A DNA stretch of 64,000 bases from Mobula hypostoma (Eukaryota). The translations under genes were made by a program, and so were the position numbers. The stretch is from positions 160,952,001 through 161,016,000 of the forward strand of contig NC_086100.1 of assembly GCF_963921235.1 (NCBI RefSeq). Direction: 5' to 3'. The notes beneath the pieces are model-generated. The model saw nothing but the letters and a program-made list of their open reading frames with translations, searched no databases and had not been told where the DNA came from. Below, piece after piece: positions 35,865 to 49,065 of this stretch; positions within the stretch are counted from its first letter, which is position 1, and each line of letters starts with the position of its first letter.

Positions 35865-37789
35865 TAGAATAAGAGGTGTTGCTTATCTAATCTGCAAGTG
35901 GCCTCTTAGCAATGATAGGGTATAAAATAGTTTGTGCTTATCAAAAATACAATACTTTCATCATATACTCACCCACTCAACCTTAAGTCGTAGGTTTGAG
36001 TCGGTTTGGAATTCATGTAACTTTGCAGCACAATACAGGCAGATTTCTCTGTTTTTTTTGTGCTATAATTGCCACCTAGTACAGTGCACTAGCAGTGTTG
36101 ATGGAATCGAATATTTGTTTAAAGTGTCTTCTATGTGATTCATTTTACCAATTGACCAAGCTATCACGTTAAAAGTAAAAGTGCTGAAGTGAAGAAGAGC
36201 TTAAGTGAATACATGTATGTTAAATTGTGAATATTTATGCAGCATCGGTTTGTCCAATTCCTCCTTTCAGGAAATCTTTTTTTCCATGGGTATGTGAAAG
36301 TCTTTTCCACTATATATCAGAATTGATTCCCTTGGCATGTGGTGCCATAATTGTCTTTTAAGACTTGTTGATTTTTGTGTGATTGCCCCTTGGTCAAAAA
36401 GCTGCTTAATAGGAGAACACAACTTACGACGTGCACAATGTAGTCATGTCAATCATGTTTCTTTTCATTTATTATTCAACAATTCTTTTTCTTTCAGAGG
36501 AGGTCTTTTATTTCTGAGTCTCTCTCATATCACCCTTGAAACTAAGTTACCATGGAGCCTGAAGTCAGACACTGTTTTAGTGTTTATTTTTTTGTTGAAA
36601 ACAAAATCCACAATCTGAACCATTTTAAGAAGTCTTTTTTTGCTTTCTTCCTAACAAGAAATAAAAACACATGCAAGGTGTGAAGGTGAGAGTAAAGCTT
36701 CAAAACTGTACACTGAATCAAATTTCAAATTCACATTTATGTTTATTTACTGACAAACTTCCAAAAGTAGTTTAAATTTTGGGTCTTCATAGATCAGGAA
36801 AGAAGGTCCATTTATTGGTTATGTTTTTAATTTTGATTGATCACTTCTTGTCAGGCCAGATTTTGCCTAAATCTTTCTTGCCTCTGTTATTAAAACCAGT
36901 CTAGAGTAGGGTCAGGAAAACTGCAAAGCATTGTTAATGGAGTCCAGTATGATACCAGGGATTGGATGGATGCCTGCTTACCCCATTCTCCACTGAATAA
37001 TTTTTCATATTTTAAGGACAAATAGAACACATTATTAACACAATATTTACAACAATATTAAGTGTGCATTAAAGGCAGCTGCATTAATGAATGGTCCATC
37101 AAAATTTGCTGTCTAAGCCGCTCCTCCTTTTCTGGGACTTCAATTTTAGGCAGAAAGAAGCCTTTTTAATTTCATAATACATTTAATCTTTATCTTCTAA
37201 ACCTCAAGTTAGCGATGGGAAAACTGAACTTAATTTATTCATTAATATGTTGCACAATTTTTGCAAATACTGTAAAAATATGAAAAAATGTGCACTATGC
37301 AGCAGCATATTGTGTATGCCATTTTGATGTCCCTCCCCAATTCTTTAGCCCTTTCTGAATATATTCAGGAAGTAGATATGTATACAACATTTTATAATTG
37401 TCAGACTCATCCATCTCTGACATTTTTATTTCAACATACATTTTATTCATAAAAAATCATAATGAATATAATGCACCATATTCAATTCAACATTTTTATC
37501 GCAAGTTAGGTTATTCCCATTACTTAGATCAACACATCATAATTTATCATTTGTACATAACACGAGTAAATAATTCACAGGGTTTAAGCACCCAGCTAGC
37601 CAATGGCAATAGCAAGAGGCCCTTTGTCTTTTGGTCCTTCCCACAGACCCCTTACAAATGGTTGCACTCAACCTCAGTGCCTTCTGCAGCTCATTGTCTT
37701 GGACTATTTCTTGTACCAGTAGATAGGAGTCATGTTGCAGCTAAATAAAACATAGGTTTGACTGCCCTTGAATAATTATGTACAATTCT

Positions 37790-38265
37790 AATACCCCATT
37801 ATACAAAAAACGTGGAAGCTTTAGAAAGAGGTGAAGTGTCATAAGGGGTAGTTGGACATATTTGGGCAGTTTTCTCTGAAGTGTCGGAGGCTGGGAGCAG
37901 ACTGGTAGAAGTTTATAAGATTATGAGAGGCACAGATAGAGAGTCAGAATATGTTTTCCAGAGTAATGTTAAGTACTAAAGCGAAAGCATATAAGGTGAA
38001 AGGGATAATGTAAAAACGAGAATGTACAAGGCAAGTTTCTTGTTACACAGAGAGTGACAGGTGCCTGGAACAGCCTGCCAGGGGCAATGGTGGAAGCAAA
38101 TCTGATAGTGACACTTAAGAGGCTGTTTCATAGATGCATGAATCTTTGGGGATTTGAGAATATGGATGATGTGCAGTTGGAAGAGATTTAGTTCAATTTG
38201 ACATCGAGGTCAGCACAGACATTATGGGCCGAAGATCCTGTTCCTGTGGTGTATTGTTCTGCATT
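37790..38265 (+). mobile_element. Old CR1 3' fragment
   Basis: gtagaagtttataagattatgagaggc…acacagagagtgacaggtgcctggaac…atgggccgaag. Confidence 0.8.
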
Positions 38266-40109
38266 CTGCATTCAAGGTCATAATGGACCATCCTGTGCTC
38301 CAGAACAATAAGGAGATTCAGACACACCAGAAGGTACTCTTTGCCACATTGATGGTTTCCAAGCTGCTGCTGATAATTCTCTCCAAGTGCATTTGCTGGG
38401 AACAGCCCATGCAGCACAGAGCCGTATATTATCAGCTGTCTTGGAAGAACCTCAGCAAATATTCTTGTATCTCCTCTCAGACCTTTCTGATAAACTCTAA
38501 GATGGTAGACATTCTCATTTCCCATATTACCATTGCAAGAGAATCATGTGGATAAAGAGAATTTTTTCTCATCATCAGTTAAGCAAAGTTTAGCTGATTG
38601 TTTGAAAGTTCTGAAGATGAAGTATTCTTTGATAGTCTACTTTTGGAACAACCCCACAATATCCACCTTCTCTTTGTCCTAAAGGGTTCTGGTGACATTT
38701 CATGCCAAATGCTGTCATATTCATTTGTGATCAAAAGTGTTCTTAAGTTTTACTCACTGACATGACTGTTCCTTAAAAACTCAACAATCATCCCACCTTA
38801 TTGGGTCTTGAGCACTGCTATCCTGAATGATAAGAGCACACAATTCAAATCTTGAACCAAGGAAATCCCGGGGGTGATACCTGAACATGATTATCCTCAA
38901 TGAACTTTACCGTTTAGATCTAATTAGGTTTATAGATGAGCAATGACATGTTTGAAAACTTACTTTGATCTTGAATTTATCATTCCCAATGTGGCTATAA
39001 TGTCACTAACACACAACCCATGAAAAATAAGTGGTTTATTTGCAAGGCAGAACGCATAACCAATATTGGATCTTCAAGCTCATTCTGTAGACTGTGTTCC
39101 CATAGTCATTATGCCATTAATACTCCGCAGCACACCATACAATTCTCCTGCCAATTGGATTAAGTATGCAAACACAATTGTACATATGGAGAACAATGTG
39201 TCAATGTGTGTTTATGCACTGCTATGCCATATCTATTTTAGTGAGTCTGCATGTGGTGTGTATGTTTGCACGAGTGTGAATGTGCTTTATTGTGAAGAGC
39301 CGTTCTGTGGCTTGAGTAATACAGTGCTGTGGTCTCTGAGCAGAGTGATGCAGGGGACCTTACTTAGTGGTACATCAGAACTTCATGATCATTAAAAGCT
39401 ATCCCATAGGACTGTGATCCCACTGGCCATCTGACACTGCTCCGGACACCACAGTGTTGGAGCTAGTTAACTTACACAATATTATACAATATGCTCACAC
39501 AAAAGGACAATTGGTTCTTCAAATTTTAATTTTCTAATTTTGTTCTCTACTCCTCTCAAATCAAGCCAAGTATTGAACATATTCCAACCACACAGCCTCT
39601 TGCTGGTCCTCAGAAACATCAACTTCAAAGCGAAACAAATTAATTTTCTGTCATACAAATCACTTATCCATCTGTTTACTGCTGTTGCTAGCCTTCATAG
39701 CCAAGTGACAGAGGCTGATCTCTTGTGCCCTGATCAAGCCTTTGCTGCATTATTACACCAGAAGTGGTATTTCAAGGGTTGCATTAAATACCTGACCTTT
39801 TCAAGTGGGAAGCTGTTTTGTGTCGAATTATGTTGATTTTAATTTCATGCACTGGATAACTCTTGGAAAATAAAGATGTGTTATATAAATAAATTTGCAT
39901 ATTAATCTGGTGGGCAGGTGCTAAGTGTAAGTGGGAAGTTATTGTGGGGAGGGAACCCTTTATACACAGACGGAGAGACAAATGCATAAATGTCTGAACA
40001 CTTTTGCTGAATTAGTCCAATCCACATGAAGCCTTTCCATCAAAAGTCAAGCTAGTGAACAGTATAATAGCAACAATCTGATGTAAAATGCTCTTCCTTG
40101 AAAACACTG

Positions 40110-40720
40110 GGCAGCATGCAAAAAAATGCTGGTGGAATGTAGCAGGTCTGGCAGCATCAAGGGAACAGTTGATTTTTTGAGCTGAGACATTTTATCAGGA
40201 CTGGAAAGGAAGGGGGAAGAAATCAGATTAAGAAGGTTGGGGAAGGTGAAGGAGTACAAGTTGGCAAGTGAGACCGGGTAAGGGGGAAAGTGGGTGGGTG
40301 GGTGAGGAGTGATGAAGTAAGAAGTTGGGAGGAGATAGGTGGAAGTAAAGTAGTGAAGAAGAAGGCATCTTATAGGAGAAGATACTGGACTATTGAAGTA
40401 AAAGGAGGAGGAAGAGGAGGAGGAGATGGGGAACCAGAAATAGGTGGTGTGCAGGCCAGAAAAGAAGGGGTGAGAGTTAACCAGAATGGGGAAGGTCAGG
40501 GGAGTGGGGAAAGAGAAATTACCAGAAACTAGAGAAATTTATGCTCATGCTATCAGTTGCTATCCAGATGGAATATGAGGTGTTGCTCCTTCAACCTGAG
40601 TTTGGTCTCATTGTGGCAGTAGAGGAGGCCATGGACAGACTTGTCATATAGAATGGGAACTCAAATTTGAAAGGATAGCCACTGGGAGATCCTGCCTTTT
40701 ACAGCGGACAGAGCAAATGT
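40110..40720 (-). mobile_element. Older PLE 3' end
   Basis: Collinear with 14050-14636 and 35180-35650, including gccactgggagatcctgc and ggtgttgctccttcaacctgag. Confidence 0.85.
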
Positions 40721-41519
40721 ACCAAGCTTCTCCTGTTAAAGTTTGGAGAACATAATTTCACAAGTCAAGGCTTGCAATGCAATTAGCAACTTGCAATTGA
40801 ATTGTAAATTTCATGCAGAACAACAGCATGAGATGCTTTTGATTCTTAGAATGCTGTTTATTTAAAGACAAGCTGTGGCTGGAACTGAATAGGCCAACAA
40901 TTATTGCCTGCCTCTAATTGTCCTTGATCTGAATGTGTAACAAAGTTATCTGAGGGGGCTTAAAATGCCTGCTGTAACATTTTGGGTCTGGACTCGCTTA
41001 TGTACCCAAATCAGGCAAAGAAGGAGATTTTTTTTCTGGCATTAATGAGCAGGATGGGTTTTTAATGACAATCTGATGGTTTTATGGATACTGATACTTG
41101 TCCTGAATTTCAGATTTGGTGTGTATCCCTCATCTAGGCTCTGGATTTTGAGCACTGGCTGACTGTTCTGGTAACATAAATACCAGAAAAACCAAAATGC
41201 TTGGCACCGCAGGCAACAGCCTTGGGGATGAGAAACAGAGTCAGTGTTTATGGTAAAGCCAATTCTGTTAGAACGGGAAAAGTGAGAAAATAAGCATGTT
41301 TTAAGTTGCAGAGTGGAGAAGGGAAGACAACCAAGGAAATTGTCAAGGCAACAATTATTGTGAAAGCTGACAAATAAAAGGGAGAAAAAATTGAAACAGA
41401 AATGTTCAGCAAGACCAAAAAAAAGCGCAGTGATCTGAATTTTTTAAACTCTGTTATTCTGAAGGTTACTGTCCCATTTTATTCTCCTATTCCATAGATC
41501 ATGGATGTGGCTTCACCTT

Positions 41520-41728
41520 TCTTAAGGTATGTGCTCAAGCAAGCAGTTGAGGTGGGCACATTGGCAACATTTGTAAGGCACTTGGGTGGGTACATAGATA
41601 GGAAAGTTTCAGAAGGATATGGGACCAAACACTGGCCAAAGTGACTAGCTTAGGTTGGGCATGTTTGTTGGAATAGATCAGTTGGGCTCAAGGGCCTGGT
41701 TCTATGCTGAATGACTACAGATCTATGA
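41520..41728 (+). mobile_element. Old CR1 3' end
   Basis: aggcacttgggtgggtacatagataggaaag…ttgggctcaagggcctggttctatgctg. Confidence 0.7.
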
Positions 41729-41902
41729 CGCAACGACATTTTTCTTTGTGCTCTACAGTCTTTAAGAGACATCTTATAATAATGGTTACCTTCATAAACT
41801 AGATCTATAATCTATTACAAACATTCCTTCTGGTCTCCCCTCTGTCCAATCTGCAATTTAAAACAAGCGTACTTTCCCACTTTTCCTCTTCTAAAGAATA
41901 GC

Positions 41903-42627
41903 CCTATATAACCATATAACCATATAACAATTACAGCACGGAAACAGGCCATCTCGGCCCTTCTAGTCCGTGCCAAACTCTGACTCTCACCTAGTCCCAC
42001 CGACCTGCGCTTAGCCCATAACCCTCCATTCCTTTCCTGTCCATATATCTATCCAATTTAACTTTAAATGACAACATCGAACCTCCCTCAACCACTTCTG
42101 CTGGAAGCTCGTTCCACACAGCTACCACTTAAAGAAGTTTCCCCTCATGTTACCCCTAAACTTTTGCCCTTTAACTCTCAACTCATGTCCTCTTGTTTGA
42201 ATCTCCCCCACTCTCAATGGAAAAAGCCTATCCACGTCAACTCTCTCTATCCCCCTCATAATTTTAAATACCTCTATCAAGTCCCTCTTCAACCTTCTAC
42301 GTTCCAAAGAATGAAGACCCAATTTGTTCAACCTTTCTCTGTAACTTAGGAGATGAAACCCAAGGGAACATTCTAGAAAATCTCCTCTGTACTCTCTTAA
42401 TTTTATTGACATCTTTCCTATAATTCGGTGACCAGAGCTGTACACAGTACTTCAAATTTGGCCTGTCCAATGCCTTATACGATTTCAACATTTCATCCCA
42501 ACTCCTATACTCAATGCTCTGATTAATAAAGGCCAGCATACCAAAAGCTTTCTTCACCACCCTATCCACGTGAGATTCCACCTTCAGGGAACTATGCACC
42601 ATTATTCCTAGATCCCTCTGTTCTACT
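41903..42627 (-). mobile_element. CR1 LINE 3' fragment (young)
   Basis: SVEQRDLGIMVHSSLKV…KKAFGMLAFI…LSYRERLNKLGL.SLERRRL with (TTATATGG)n tail. Confidence 0.93.
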
Positions 42628-43689
42628 GAAATCCGAAACACCAACTCTTTCTCTCTGCACTGATGCTTTCTCACCAGAATGTTATGTTTTATTCTTGGAT
42701 TTTGAAGACCTACAGGTTTTGCTGCCACACAATCACTAAGATGTAAAACTTCCGAATAGGACACAATGTTAATGAGTTGCTTTATTCTTAAAGTAAGTAT
42801 TTAAAGGAGGTGATAATAGAAATGGAAATGAGTCAGGAAATGAATTTTGGGGTGTAGAAATTAAAAACATGACAGCCAGTGGTCAATCAAAGTGGATTAA
42901 GATGCAGAGGTTAAAGACAGCAGAGAAAGGAAGTGGGCAGCTGCTTGTAGACATTGCGAAGATAGAGAAGGGGAAAGAAATACTAAGGTGAGGGGAGAAG
43001 GGAACACAGAAAAATGAATTAACATTTTGAGGAGAGAAGACAGAGGAGATTTGTAAATGGGTCAGAGTAATAAAATAGTGCAAATTTTAGAAGAATTTGA
43101 CAGGCTGGCCAGGAGTGTTGAATCTGGAATGATGTTACGGGCAAGTGATTCTAAGATTTACCCTGTGAGTTAGGAAACACCAAGGATTTTTGTTTTAGTT
43201 TGTTCATTCGGAGATGTGGATATCATTGGCATTCTTTGCATTTATTGTCCATCCCCATTACCCTGAACTGAGGAGACAATTAAAAATCAATCAGATTGGT
43301 GTGTCAGAAGTTACACATAAACCAAATCAGGAAGGATGATACATTTCCAACCCCAGGAGGATATCACTGAACCTGATGTGTTTTGATAATATTCCAGTGA
43401 GGGACAGGTTGACTATGGAAAATTAATAAACTACATTAAATACTATGACAGAGACTGACAGTGATGAGCACTATAAAGTAATGATTTGAAAAAAATATAT
43501 ACTTTCTGATAAGGCACAAAGACTCAACAGGATATATGCTTCAACTTTACATAATTTCTTTAAATGCTAATATTTTATTTCTCATGTGACCCAATTATCA
43601 AAATGTAAGAAGAAGTAATAAGTCCAAAGATAGAGAGTATTTTAGAATTCAGCAAATAGGTGCTAGAGAAATTGACCAAAAACAAAGGT

Positions 43690-43870
43690 TAGCACAGTGG
43701 TCACAAGTCGAGCTGCTGTCTCACAGTTCCAGAGACCTGGGTTCAGTTCTGACTTCCTTTGTTGTCTGTATGGATTTTCTTCAGATGCATAGTTTTTTAC
43801 TCCCAAAACCAAAGAGATAGGGGTTGGTGGGTTAATTGGCATTATAAATATCCCATCTTGCAGGTTGCAG
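43690..43870 (+). mobile_element. tRNA-derived SINE (V-SINE/HE1-like)
   Basis: gcacagtgg…gctgctgtctcacagttccagagacctgggttcagttctgac (A/B-box-like head) …ttggtgggttaattggc. Confidence 0.7.
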
Positions 43871-44579
43871 TTTGAATTAATGGAAATATGAGGAGAACAG
43901 GTTACAGGAAGAAATTAGTTTGATCAGCGTCATCTCAATAGGTTTAATGTTTCCTCAATGCTAAATAGAAATGTGGAAATATCAGAATAAATTGGTATCA
44001 AATAAAATAAAAAAATACAACAGCTTCTCTATTTATGTCTGTAAAGGGAATGAGCTGACAAGCACAAATGTACGTCCCTTGCAGACAGAGATGACAAAAT
44101 TAATAATGTGGATTAAATAAGTGCAGAGGGATTAGACAGATATTTTGCATCTGTCTTCAGAGGACATGGAAAATGAAGTGTCCAATGAAAATGCAGTATT
44201 AAATAGACATTGATATTAGCAAACAAATACAACTGGAGAAGTAAATGAATTTGAAAACTGATAAATCCCAAGAACTGGTTGATCCAAATGCCAGAGCTAA
44301 GAAAGAAAGCTCTTGGATGTAGATCAGTAGGCTCCTGGGGTCTAGAGATTCAGAAGGTTTGCAGACATAACCTGACTGTTTAAGAACAAAGGCACAGTGT
44401 AAAGTGGAAATACTGAACTTGAAATCAGTAGTTGACAGAAATCTAGAATTTGCAATTCAGGAAGCACTATAAAAAGTTAGAATATGATCATGGAGAGTCA
44501 ATCAAATGGAAAGCTGACTTTGAGAAAGGTTTCAAGAAGTTTCCCATCAGAAGGTTGGTCAACAAGTTTAGAGAACGTA

Positions 44580-44752
44580 GCAACACACATCAAAGTTGCT
44601 GGTGAACGCAGCAGGCCAGGCAGAAATCTCTAGGAAGAGGTACAGTCGACCTAGGAAGAGCATCCTATAGATGCTGCCTGGCCTGCTGCGTTCACCAGCA
44701 ATATTGAAGTGTTTTGCTTGAATTTCCAGCGTCTGCAGAATACCTGTTGTTT
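44580..44752 (+). mobile_element. PLE pLTR fold-back insertion with rearranged loop
   Basis: gtttagagaacRta at 44566-44579 and 44749-44762. Inverted arms ~44580-44635 / 44663-44717. ctaggaagag is duplicated in the loop. Confidence 0.88.
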
Positions 44753-47486
44753 AGAGAACATATATGTGATTGTGTGTATGTGTTGATCTGTCTGTCTAGC
44801 CGATGATCAGCTATCCTCACGTTATTACACTTGCAGCAACTACACTTCAAAGACTCTAGATTAGCTGTTAAAGATCTTTGCAAAATCCTTAGATTGTGAA
44901 AGATTCACTTTCTTACTTCACTTCCAATTTCTTCATTTTAACAATGAGACTCTGAACAGTCTGGCCAATGTTCTGGATACCACTGCTCATGTAACATTTA
45001 AGATACAGCACCAAACATGGATTCATTCTGTACCAGCTGCGCAAGTGTTTTTTTTTCTTGTTGCTCTTGGCTTATCAGAATGTAGCAGGGAGAGACTGAT
45101 GTGGCAGATGTTGCTTCTTTAAAAGCAATTATACAAGCCGGTCAGTCCTTGCTGCTCATTTCTTCTTGAGGCTTGGGTGATAATCTGAACTCCAAGATCT
45201 CAGTCCTTCTTGTCTGAGCTTCTTTTGTTCCCTCTGTGATCTCTGCTTTTTAATATTCGCAAGATTTTCAAATTCAATTTCACTGAGAAGACACACTTCT
45301 GGAAACAACTCTATTCATCCTGAAGGCCCCTACTGTTGCTCCACAAAGTGAAATTGCTGTGTAATTGAGCTCTGAAATACATTTTGCATCACTGTCATTT
45401 TAGCCAGTTGCATAGGAAACTGGTATTGTCCTTTCGTGCAGCGTAAAATCATTCTGAAGTACTCATTTTTGAGGCCAAGATTAATTATTTTGATGATCAG
45501 CTTGTCATTGTAAGATGTTGTCTTGTTTAGAAAGCTACAAGACTTTTCCACAACCAACATTTCCCTGTTGTCTGGTTCTGAATGCTTATCTTGTTGTCAC
45601 AAACAAAACGTTCATCATGCTGCCGGCATCTCTCAAGGCTGCTCATTAGGTTGAAGTGGAAAATGCAGTGCTTTGTTCCCTTCTCCTTTTGTGTGCAGTT
45701 ATCATGATATTGTTCTCTAGTTATACAGCCCAGACTGCATCAGTCATGGCTCAGCATCAGCTGTCGCCCCTGTGGCTTTGAAATCCGTGGAGACAATTCT
45801 CACTCCAGAGGCTTCCACGCTTCACCACGTAATCCAGGCTGAAGGGTCAGTGCAGGATGAGGGCTGGTGGGGATGTTACACCATTGGAGGAGTTCTCTTT
45901 CAGGATGGATAGAAAACCAAGCAATGAAAGCTTGGCCTGACCAAGACAAAATGTCCTGGAACCCCCCAAATTTGAAATATTTTGATACACAATCCAACCA
46001 AAATAGATACTTCTAGGCATCTTGGTCAGCATGGATGAATTGGGCTGAAGGGCCTGTTTTTGTGCTGTATGGCTCTATCACTCAACGTAGCTGGGTCTTT
46101 CAAAGCTCAGATCGTGGAGTCAGGCCATATGCTAGCCTACACCTGCTCCCTTGGAAAGAGGATCCTTTAAAAGATCTGGAAACGGGGAACTATTGCCCAT
46201 GAAGAGGATTTATCTTCAACCCAATGGTTGCTGTTTCTGGGAACTTGCCGTGTGTAATAAGGCTGTGCATTTCCTACATTGTAATTGTAATTGAACTACA
46301 GAGCTATGCTACTTAACATCTTGAAGCTGTGATAAGTCTTTTCTGATATATTGTTTGTTGCCATATCAAGTTCCTTATCACCCTTAGCATCACTATTGTC
46401 TTGTACGAATATCATAACAAGGTCCAGGGCTGTGCTGATAGACTCCTGACAACCTCTGTTGGATATTTTGTGTGACTTCAAACACCAGAATATGTCCTGG
46501 CTTACTCACAGTAACCCACAGCTCATGTTATATTCAGACAAATATTGCCTTTGATGCTGACAGTATTCTCAAATCTCTGCCAGTATTACATTAATCTCTG
46601 AATCCAAGCCATGATAGATAGGTCGGTAGCCATCAATCTCTGGGTGAAACAAAGTGAAGCATTGGTGAGCTAATTATTGGTGATACTTAACAATCATTGA
46701 TATGGTGATAATTAACAAAGTCAGTTTGGTCCCAGATTTTATGAACTTTATACACTCATTTTGCCAGGATACAGAGACACTGATAAATATCAGGAATGTG
46801 CTGTCTGAGAAGGTGATGGAATCAGATACAATTGTTATGTGTAAGAGGCATTTAGACAGGTGTTTAACATATGAGACAGACAATGACGCAGACCTAATGA
46901 AGCAAATTGAATTAGTAGACATGTGCAAAATGATAATAATGGATGCTGTGAGTGGAAGGACCTGTTTTTGTGCAGTACAACTCCATCACTCTACAACCAT
47001 TAGAACTCGGTGCAATAGTTTATCTGCTGGTTCCACTAATTAAATTTTGTAACCTTTTACCCATGACGACTGAGATGTTCTGAGCATCATGTTCCAACCA
47101 CGTGATTTCTCTGAGTTCACTTCCTGGTGCCTGCCAGCATTTACTGTACCTTTTTCTATGGGAGGGCCAGGTGACCTAACCTCTCCATATTGAGAGGTGT
47201 TTGCTGAAGCAGAAGGAACTCCAAGAGGTAACATGATCTCAACAGGAAATATCCTAAGGCTCTGCTTCCTGAAAGCCATGACAGGCAGTCAAAAGCCATG
47301 ACCTATTTTTGCATAGTAAGATTCATCTAGAGACCATTCAAATAGAAAAAAAAAACAAAATGAAGTAAAACAGATTTATTTACTACTGAATTTATTAAAG
47401 ATATTAAAATGAAATAAATTTCACACACTTGCATGTGTCATCAATGCCACTTAAACGAATCGGTTCACACTCCCTGGTATGGAATG

Positions 47487-47714
47487 ACACATACAAAATG
47501 CTGGGGGAACTCAGCAGGTCAAGCAGCATCTATGGAGAGGAATAATGAGTCAAAGTTTTGAGTGAGACTCTTCATCAGGATGGACTGTTGAATGGTCTTG
47601 GCCTGAAATATTGACTCTTTATTCTTCTCCATACATCCTGCCTGACCTGCTGAGTTGCATTATTTTGTGTTGTGTTACTCTGGATTTCTAGTATCTACAG
47701 AATCTCTTTTGTTT
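47487..47714. mobile_element. Older PLE fold-back with two head-to-head hammerhead remnants
   Basis: ctcagcaggtcaagcagcatctatggagaggaataa / ttattcttctccatacatcctgcctgacctgctgag are inverted. Minus CTGATGA (tcatcag ~47571) and plus ctgttga…cctgaaa. Confidence 0.8.
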
Positions 47715-48044
47715 ATGATGCTTTGGTGTGGCAGGCTGGTCCATATTGTTTCCAGCCTCCTCATTGCTGAGCTCAGAGGTGTACGTGGAAGATCAGTGTC
47801 AGGCCAGGCACATGTGAAACTGATTGCTGTCAGTCAGCTATATGCAGTTCATTAATTACTCATAGATTATTTACCTGATGTAGGGCTGAGAGCTAATGGA
47901 CAGAAAACGAATGCATCTTGTAACCAATTGATTTTATTGGCAAAGTCATATTTAAGAAAACGGATTTATATTTCAGTTTTGAAAAATGCCTTAAAGCATT
48001 TTATGCAAAGGCTTGATAATGAAGTCAAAATTGAATAAGTAAGT

Positions 48045-48560
48045 CAAAAATTGGAGTTTATTGTCATTTGCACAAGTACATGTATGAACAGGTGCAGTGA
48101 AAAACATGTACCATTATCACAGGCATAGAGCAACAAGAATAAAAACATAAATTAGATATAAATAATACAAAAATTATACCAGAAAGAACACAATTAGAGC
48201 AAACAAAAACAGTTTGTTGTAGTGTAAAGTGATCAAAGTGGTCATAGTATTACTATACGATGGTAGTGATTAAGGTTATGCAGGTTTGAACAAGAACAAA
48301 ATGGTTGATGGACAATAGCTGTCCTGAACCTGATTGTGTGGGTCTTCAGGCTTCTGTACCTCTTGCCGAGTGGTAGCAGCAAGACGTCATGGCCCAGATG
48401 TGGGGACCTCTAATAATTGATGTTACCTTCATGTGGACACTACCAATGGTGGGGAGAGATATTTCTGTGATATATTAGACTAAGTCCACTACTCTCTGTA
48501 GCTTCTGAGGTTACTACACATTGAAATTGCCTTACCAGACAGTGGTGCATGTAGTCATAA
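48045..48560 (-). mobile_element. Rex1-type 3' fragment
   Basis: Collinear with 11810-12330. Confidence 0.8.
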
Positions 48561-49065
48561 CCAGTCAAATGTATTCTGATGTTCTTTCAAAATGAGTATA
48601 AAAACCACATATGGAGTGTAGGATTTTATCCGGTCAATGAGAACTCATGCCCACTTTGCAGCATGAATGGAGGTGACAGCTGTGTTAAGTACGTGAGTCA
48701 CTCCCCATGCTCTGACAGAATCTGTTCCTGAGACCCATTCATAACCCAAACTATTCGTAAGTCATAAATGAACAAAGGTGTGTGGGAGAGAATAACAAAA
48801 AGCACTGCGACGGGTGAGCGAGAAGGCATGGGAAGAGTGACTGCCAGCTGACCTCACTGTCTCAGTGAGGGAATACTCTCAGTCTGTTCAGCTCCACCCA
48901 GCCCCACGTTGTTGTTGATCAGGTTGTGGAGGAGGAGAAATTCCTTGAGCCACGAGTCAGAAGATGCCTGCAACAAGGAAACAGAACAGCATCACATGGT
49001 ACATGTCCTTTGGTCCACAAGTTGTGCCAAACCTTCAACCTACTTATACCTATATACCTTTAACC

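Larger units (their letters stand above)
35141..35885 (-). mobile_element. Older PLE 3' end (pLTR, purine-rich UTR, ORF end) hosting a younger hairpin insertion
   Basis: ORF end FYLGRLRPDGMNIEFSNF*. Hammerhead-like agtc CAGATGA agggtctcagcct GAAA cgtc gact at 35240-35275 (minus). Confidence 0.85.

Noticed and set aside
35592-35925. Two opposite-strand ORFs with identical N-termini (MLVNAAGQAASIGRGAVDVSG), also seen at 14068
   Set aside because: A direct consequence of the perfect inverted repeat in non-coding pLTR sequence. They start at TTG and are not genes.
43690-43770. Possible tRNA gene (also ~62060-62125 and ~19880-19950)
   Set aside because: No complete cloverleaf; each continues into a SINE body.
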